This document shows, piece by piece, positions 59,156-64,000 of a stretch of DNA of 64,000 nt. The stretch spans positions 83 through 64,082 of the forward strand of contig JAJPJM010000154.1 of the NCBI GenBank assembly GCA_021324235.1, written 5' to 3'. The DNA is from Verrucomicrobiota bacterium. GTDB lineage: Bacteria > Verrucomicrobiota > Verrucomicrobiia > Limisphaerales > UBA11358. Both the position numbers and the translations under genes were made by a program. Position 1 is the stretch's first letter. Every line of letters starts with the position of its first letter. A model generated the notes under the pieces. The model ran no database searches, was not told the DNA's origin, and was given only the letters and a program-made list of their open reading frames with translations.

Positions 59156-60138
59156 CGTCGAATCGAACTCCAGCCCGACGACGCTGAAATGCCGCGCACA
59201 ACACGCGGCCGTAACGGTGCCGAGATGCCAGAGGCAAGAACGGCGATGTTCAGTTTAGCCGGGGCGGTCGAAGTCGCCTCCCGGTTTGCATCGGTCGTCA
59301 CTGCCCAGTTCCTCCCGCGGTCCTGGGGCACGATGCGGCGAAGCGTAAAGATGTCGGTCTCAGCCAATTCTTTTCGGTGCTGTGAAAGTGTCTCCCAGGG
59401 ATCCCACGGGGTGCTGATGAGGCGCCCGGAAATGTTGTCGCCGGCCTCGGAAATCAGCAGCTCAAACATGCTGGCAACGCGGGCGAGCGAAGCTCCACCC
59501 TCCCGTTTTTGCCGGGTTGCAACCGCAAACTCTTTTTCGCCAACGACCGAGGGACCGGAATGGAGCACCTCTTCGGTCATACGCGTGTTGATGGCTCCGG
59601 GCGCGATCGCATTGATGTCGATTGTACTGTCAGACCACTCCAGGGCGAGGGTTTCGACCAGACGGACCAGTCCAGTCTTCGCGGCGGCGTAGGGGGTAAA
59701 ATTGACGCGCGGGGACGTCGAGCCCCCACCCGAAAGGCATAATATTCTGGCGCGAGGAATCGCGTGGCGCAGCAACAATTCATGAAAGGCACGGATGGTG
59801 TAGTAGGTTCCGTCGAGATTGGTACGAACGTTAGTGCTCCAGGCAAGCGGATCCGCCGACATGCCCGGTCCGAGAGGCCCTTGCACACCGGCGCAGCAGA
59901 TCAGGACATCCAGTTGCGACCAGGCCGCGGCGACTTCGCGGCTGAAGCCTGATACTTGTGGCCACTCGGCGATGTTCGCCTGTGAATAACGGAATGAAAT
60001 GCCCTGCGCTTCGCACTCCTGTTGGAACCGCTTTTGCGGGGAGATGGCCAACCCCCAGATTTCGTGGCCGGCAAGGCCAAAATGCCTTGCCAGATAGTGG
60101 CCGATGCTTCCGCTCGTGCCGGTGATAACAATCTTCAT
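58906..60138 (-). CDS. SDR family oxidoreductase (paralog of 57123..57986); the ORF reads through into the dehydrogenase gene
   Basis: MKIVITGTSGSIGHYLA, YAAAKTG, tail WDPWETLSQH...IFTLRRIVPQDRGRNW. The SDR homology ends near 59254. The last ~115 codons overlap the next gene out of frame. Confidence 0.75.
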   Translation of the reverse strand: MKIVITGTSGSIGHYLARHFGLAGHEIWGLAISPQKRFQQECEAQGISFRYSQANIAEWPQVSGFSREVAAAWSQLDVLICCAGVQGPLGPGMSADPLAWSTNVRTNLDGTYYTIRAFHELLLRHAIPRARILCLSGGGSTSPRVNFTPYAAAKTGLVRLVETLALEWSDSTIDINAIAPGAINTRMTEEVLHSGPSVVGEKEFAVATRQKREGGASLARVASMFELLISEAGDNISGRLISTPWDPWETLSQHRKELAETDIFTLRRIVPQDRGRNWAVTTDANREATSTAPAKLNIAVLASGISAPLRPRVVRGISASSGWSSIRRWWPISSSAGRRCPSRGWMTSFPLVWLQSGWISQPISQPRAAMPTSSGFAMTRRLMRTTNRMWNLFWPICGAPCRICRRTRWF

Positions 60139-60165
60139 GAATACAAATAAAGGATCGGGAAACGG

Positions 60166-61320
60166 CTACACTTTGAAAGCGTGCCCTGCCCGCCACGCGG
60201 ACATGAGCCGTTTTATCGCCGCAATGCGCTCGCCGGTAAATTTCTCAAACGTGAAATCCTGCGCCCGTGCGAGCCCGCCGGCCCGCAATTTTGCCCGCAA
60301 CGCATCATCCTGGGCAATCCGGACAAGTGCGCCGGTTACGGCAGCGGTATCATTGAAGTTGACGATGACCGCCTGGTTGGCCGTGACCTCGTGCATAATC
60401 GGAATGTCGTTCACGACGACCGGAGTGCCACAGGCCATTGATTCAATCACCGTCCGCCCAAAAGTTTCTTCCCGGCTGGGCATGACGTGTGCCATCGCAT
60501 GCCGATAAAGAGGCGCCAGGAGTTTGTCGCCAACCCAACCAAAAAACTTTACGTCCTTCCCCAGACCCAGGGCGTCGGCCTGCTGCTGGGCTTTTACCCG
60601 ATAGCCGTCCCATTCTCCACCAACCATCACCAGAGGATGCTTTTTTCGAAAATGGGTGTCAAGTTGCCCATACCCGGTCAACAGCAAATCGGCCTGCTTG
60701 TAGGGATAAAAATTGGACACCCAAAGGAAGTAATCCGGATCGAGCCCCAACTCCATTTTCAAGCGCGCGGCTTCACCGGGTTCCGTGACGGTGTTAAACT
60801 CTTCATGTTGCAATCCTTCGTAGGACTGCACGAGGCGATCGCGCAATTCCGGGAAAAGACCCAGAATTTGCGAGACGGCGAATTGGGAATTGGTAATAAC
60901 CAGATCTGCCTTGGGCCAACTGCGGGTAACCCAACCGCGATACAACTCGCGGAAAAGCCCCACGCGATTTTTACGGTCGAGATGTTGCAATGAAAAAACG
61001 TTCATCACGACCGGCAGACTCCTGCGCAACGGAACAAAGCCGGTGGTAATCAGCAGATCAGCGCCCCGGGCACGGGCTTCCGGCGGCACCCGGAGATGGT
61101 CGGCCAGCAGTCGCGGGTACAGGCGATCGTTGGCGGGGAAATCCCGCACCACTTCCACGCGCGGGTCGGAGATGTGCCAGTCCTGGTTTGGCCCGACAAA
61201 CACGACCCAGGAAAGTTCCTTGAAAAGTTTTAACGATCTGCCGACAAATTCGTGGTACGCGGTCGTGAGGCCGGTTTTGCGACGGGGATTCTCGCACAAA
61301 ATGGAGAGCGCCAGTTTCAT
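60166..61320 (-). CDS. Glycosyltransferase family 4 (GT-B)
   Basis: C-terminal EETFGRTVIESMACGTPVVV (E-x7-E). About 380 aa. Confidence 0.8.
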   Translation of the reverse strand: MKLALSILCENPRRKTGLTTAYHEFVGRSLKLFKELSWVVFVGPNQDWHISDPRVEVVRDFPANDRLYPRLLADHLRVPPEARARGADLLITTGFVPLRRSLPVVMNVFSLQHLDRKNRVGLFRELYRGWVTRSWPKADLVITNSQFAVSQILGLFPELRDRLVQSYEGLQHEEFNTVTEPGEAARLKMELGLDPDYFLWVSNFYPYKQADLLLTGYGQLDTHFRKKHPLVMVGGEWDGYRVKAQQQADALGLGKDVKFFGWVGDKLLAPLYRHAMAHVMPSREETFGRTVIESMACGTPVVVNDIPIMHEVTANQAVIVNFNDTAAVTGALVRIAQDDALRAKLRAGGLARAQDFTFEKFTGERIAAIKRLMSAWRAGHAFKV

Positions 61321-61326
61321 CCGCCA

Positions 61327-62301
61327 CTAGGTTCGCTGCTCATACACCCACCGGTTTTGTCGCAGCCATTCCAGCGTACGAATGAGGCCTTGTTGAATGG
61401 AGAGTGTGTTGTTCCAGCCGGTGGCGCGGATTTTTTTGGTGTCGAGGAAAATGAACGGATTGTCGCCCACCCAGCCCTTGTTGCCACCGGAATATTCGAG
61501 CTGGGGATTGAGATCAAGCGCCTGACAAATAAAGCGGATGGAATCGTTGACCCGGACGTATTCGTCGGCACCGAGATTATAAATTTCGACACGGTGTTTG
61601 GCCTTCAGCGCGGTCTGCATCTGCATCACCCGCAACATGGCGTCCAGGCAATCGCCGATGTACAGGTATGATTTGCGTTGAGTTCCATCGCCCAGAACCT
61701 TCAAGCGGTCGGGATGTTCGAGCAGCTGGCGGTAAAAATCGAAGACGTGTCCATGGGTGTAACGTTCCCCCAAAATCGAGACGAATCGAAAGAGGTAGCC
61801 CTCAAAACCGAAGCCTTCACAATAGGATTGGATCAGGCACTCACCGGCTACTTTGGAGGCGGCGTAGAGCGAAGTTTGCACGGGAAACGGCGCGTTCTCG
61901 GGCGTGGGAACCACTTCCGCCTCGCCATAAACGCTGCCGGTGGAACTGAAGGCAATACGTTTGATCCCATTGGCCCGCATGGCCTCGAGCACATTAAAAG
62001 TGGCGACGGTATTTTGGTGCAAGTCCTTGGACGGATGTTCGAGCCCGAACCGAACATCGGCATTGGCGGCCAGGTGAAACACACTGTCACACCCGGCCAT
62101 GGCCTTCGTCAGTGCCGGCAGATCAAGATTGTCGCCTTCGACCAGCTTGAACCGCGGATTCCCGGCGGCGGCGGCGAGAAATTTTTTTTGGCCGGTGGAA
62201 AAATTGTCCCAACCGACAACGGTCTTGCCGTCACTCAAGAGCCGATCCGCAAGGTTGCTCCCAATGAAACCGGCCGCACCGGTGATAAAAACGACTTTCA
62301 T
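61327..62301 (-). CDS. NAD-dependent epimerase/dehydratase (extended SDR)
   Basis: Track ORF 61327..62385. ATG at 62301: MKVVFITGAAGFIGSNL, SSTGSVYG, YAASK. Confidence 0.85.
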   Translation of the reverse strand: MKVVFITGAAGFIGSNLADRLLSDGKTVVGWDNFSTGQKKFLAAAAGNPRFKLVEGDNLDLPALTKAMAGCDSVFHLAANADVRFGLEHPSKDLHQNTVATFNVLEAMRANGIKRIAFSSTGSVYGEAEVVPTPENAPFPVQTSLYAASKVAGECLIQSYCEGFGFEGYLFRFVSILGERYTHGHVFDFYRQLLEHPDRLKVLGDGTQRKSYLYIGDCLDAMLRVMQMQTALKAKHRVEIYNLGADEYVRVNDSIRFICQALDLNPQLEYSGGNKGWVGDNPFIFLDTKKIRATGWNNTLSIQQGLIRTLEWLRQNRWVYEQRT

Positions 62302-62461
62302 CTGGAAACCGGAGTCTAGTTGTTTCCCTCCCTCACCACCAGAAATTCCTGCCGGAATGGCGGGCACGCCGATGGACAAAATCAAAGCGGCCCACTAACA
62401 TCCGCCGCGTCCTCGGACTGATTTTCCGAATGACGGAAGTTCCATAATTGAGAATATCCTT

Positions 62462-63745
62462 ATGAATCGCCCTGACTCAGCGGACGACGCGCCCCCGGGC
62501 TCCCGCGCCCGGAGCCTGCTGCGGAGCGGCATTGTTTTTACCGCCATCAGCTTTGTCACCGGCCTGGGCAACATGGCGTTTCAAGGTGTAATGGCGCGAC
62601 ATTTGAAGGAGCAGGGCCAATACGGCAACGCGAACAGCGCGCTTAATGCCCTCCTGCCGCTGCTGAGCCTGGTGTCCAGCATCGCCACGTTTGCCGTCGC
62701 GCATTATATTGCCCACTTTAACGCCCGCGGCGACAGCGCGCGATTACAGGGGTTGCTGGCAGGCTGCCGGAAATTTTTGTTCCGCCTGACCCTCGCCGGA
62801 TCGGCCGTGGCGGTGATGGTCATTAAACCGTTGAGCATTTTTTTCCATTACAGCCCGACGCTCATGCTGGCCACCCTGGTTTGCACGTTGTTGAGTTTGT
62901 GGGCTTCCCTGGCCGGCGCATTATGCCAGGGATTCGCCTGGTTCAAACGGCTCGCGTTCATCGGGCTGTTCGCGATGTTGTTGCGGGTTTTTTTTGGCTG
63001 GTTCGTTACGCTGAAATGGCCGTCGCCGGAAACCGCCGTGCTGGCCTCGGCCTTCGCGCTGCTGGCCTACCTGGCCCTGCTTTTTTGGAAAAAGGACATG
63101 GTCGTACACGGTGAAGCAATCTCCCCCTGGAATCCTGAATTCGTTTATTACCTCATCGCCAGCGCGGCGTGCGTCGGCGGTGGATATTTCTTCCTGCAAG
63201 GCGATTTGCTGGTCGCCAAAAAGTTCTTTTCCGGCGGGGAAAACGATGCTTACAACTGCGCCGAGCGGCTGGCGATCGCATTACCGATTGCGGTGGCGCC
63301 CCTGCTCACGGTACTGTTCACCTCCCGCTCCAGCACACGCACGGGCAACATCGTCGGAGATCAACTGAAACTGCTTGGGCTATACCTCCTCGGCCTGATC
63401 GCCGGCGCGGTGGCGCTGTTTATAATGCCTGATTTTTGCGTGAAACTCATCCTGGGCAAATCGTCGCCGGCCGCCGAAGCGATGATCGCCCGCCTCGCCG
63501 TTACAATGGTCTTTGTCGGCATGCTCCAAGCGCTTGCGATTTGGGCACTCGCCAGTCGCTGGTCAAAAATTTCACTCTTTTATGGCGCGCTCGGCCTGGG
63601 TTACTGGTTGATCCTGCTCGCGCGCGGGCAATCTCCCGCCAGTTTGTTGCAGACCATGCCGGTTGCTGCCGGCATCGCGTTCGGCGTGTTGTTTTTTTTC
63701 TGGGTCGTCACCATGCTCCGGCACAAACCGGCCGCCCCAGGCTGA
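62462..63745 (+). CDS. Polytopic membrane protein, putative polysaccharide flippase (Wzx/MurJ-like)
   Basis: About 12 hydrophobic helices, located in the glycan locus. No specific motif recognised. Confidence 0.5.
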   Translation: MNRPDSADDAPPGSRARSLLRSGIVFTAISFVTGLGNMAFQGVMARHLKEQGQYGNANSALNALLPLLSLVSSIATFAVAHYIAHFNARGDSARLQGLLAGCRKFLFRLTLAGSAVAVMVIKPLSIFFHYSPTLMLATLVCTLLSLWASLAGALCQGFAWFKRLAFIGLFAMLLRVFFGWFVTLKWPSPETAVLASAFALLAYLALLFWKKDMVVHGEAISPWNPEFVYYLIASAACVGGGYFFLQGDLLVAKKFFSGGENDAYNCAERLAIALPIAVAPLLTVLFTSRSSTRTGNIVGDQLKLLGLYLLGLIAGAVALFIMPDFCVKLILGKSSPAAEAMIARLAVTMVFVGMLQALAIWALASRWSKISLFYGALGLGYWLILLARGQSPASLLQTMPVAAGIAFGVLFFFWVVTMLRHKPAAPG

Positions 63746-63850
63746 TTCGCCCGGTCGCCTCCACGGTTAAAGCCATGCTCGCCTGCCCAGTTTGGAAAAT
63801 TCCGATTGCCATGACATTTTGATTGTTACAATGTGACCGGGCGCTTTTTC

Positions 63851-64000
63851 ATGAACCCGATTGCGAAAATTACAGGCGCACTGCGCGCAACCGCCAAACA
63901 CCCCCTGAATCGCCGACGGAAATTCAAGGCGGTGATGGAATACGGCTTTATTCAAGTCGCGGCGCGCCTGGTTCCGGGAGACATTTGCGTCGAATTCCCC
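63851..64000 (+). CDS. Possible FkbM-family methyltransferase, N-terminal 50 codons only
   Basis: ATG at 63851: MNPIAKITGALRATAKHPLNRRRKFKAVMEYGFIQVAARLVPGDICVEFP. The N-terminal pattern recalls FkbM-type methyltransferases. Truncated by the window edge. Confidence 0.35.
   Translation, partial: MNPIAKITGALRATAKHPLNRRRKFKAVMEYGFIQVAARLVPGDICVEFP

Noticed and set aside
59231-59253. Programmed -1 ribosomal frameshift joining the SDR and dehydrogenase frames
   Set aside because: There is no X XXY YYZ slippery heptamer and no obvious downstream structure at the junction (GCC GTT CTT GCC TCT). A simple 1-nt indel explains the pattern better.

Overview
GC-rich, densely coding bacterial chromosomal segment with about 60 CDS. 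I saw no rRNA, tRNA or CRISPR. The family content (an H-X9-DG/DUF1559 prepilin-like protein, a GldA/F/G-like ABC operon with DUF4340, an AsmA-like protein, many small PVC-style hypotheticals) suggests a Verrucomicrobiota/Planctomycetota-type organism; this is inference only. Layout: (1) 1-10.4 kb housekeeping genes: leuB, a Nudix hydrolase, tadA, glyQS, infC, and larB/larC split by a REP-flanked RAYT transposase. (2) 10.5-18.1 kb: a tightly coupled 5-gene ABC-2/GldG/DUF4340/AsmA-like envelope operon. (3) 18.2-24.1 kb, minus strand: a secretin operon (GspE-type ATPase, PilM/N-like fusion, PilO-like protein, secretin). (4) 24.2-32.4 kb: a decayed purU remnant, hypotheticals, a CBM48 protein, PPK2, a permease, a TPR protein, hisI and trpE. 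(5) 32.5-37.7 kb: an RND efflux operon with two small Cys/membrane proteins and a divergent ArsR regulator. (6) 37.7-41.2 kb: NfeD, SPFH, FmdB and a secreted protein. (7) 41.2-48.3 kb: a PilB-type ATPase with a standalone T2SSE_N partner, and a 1440-aa GH13 + glycogen-debranching fusion. (8) 48.4-64 kb: GntP and glycerate kinase, then a large glycan locus. This locus carries GDP-D-glycero-alpha-D-manno-heptose genes (hddA, hddC, gmhA, gmhB) with a transaldolase, plus oxidoreductases, glycosyltransferases, a flippase and a methyltransferase. I found no recognisable defence or obviously novel multi-gene system. The best candidates for follow-up are the ABC/GldG/DUF4340/AsmA-like operon, the ArsR/small-Cys-protein/RND operon, the REP-RAYT insertion in the lar operon, and three sequence-level oddities. 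Those oddities are 7-bp microsatellites inside two enzymes, a G10 tract in an SDR, and a frameshifted Cys-less sugar dehydrogenase. Many long antisense ORFs in the track are shadow ORFs. All family assignments are by eye from motifs; no searches were run.
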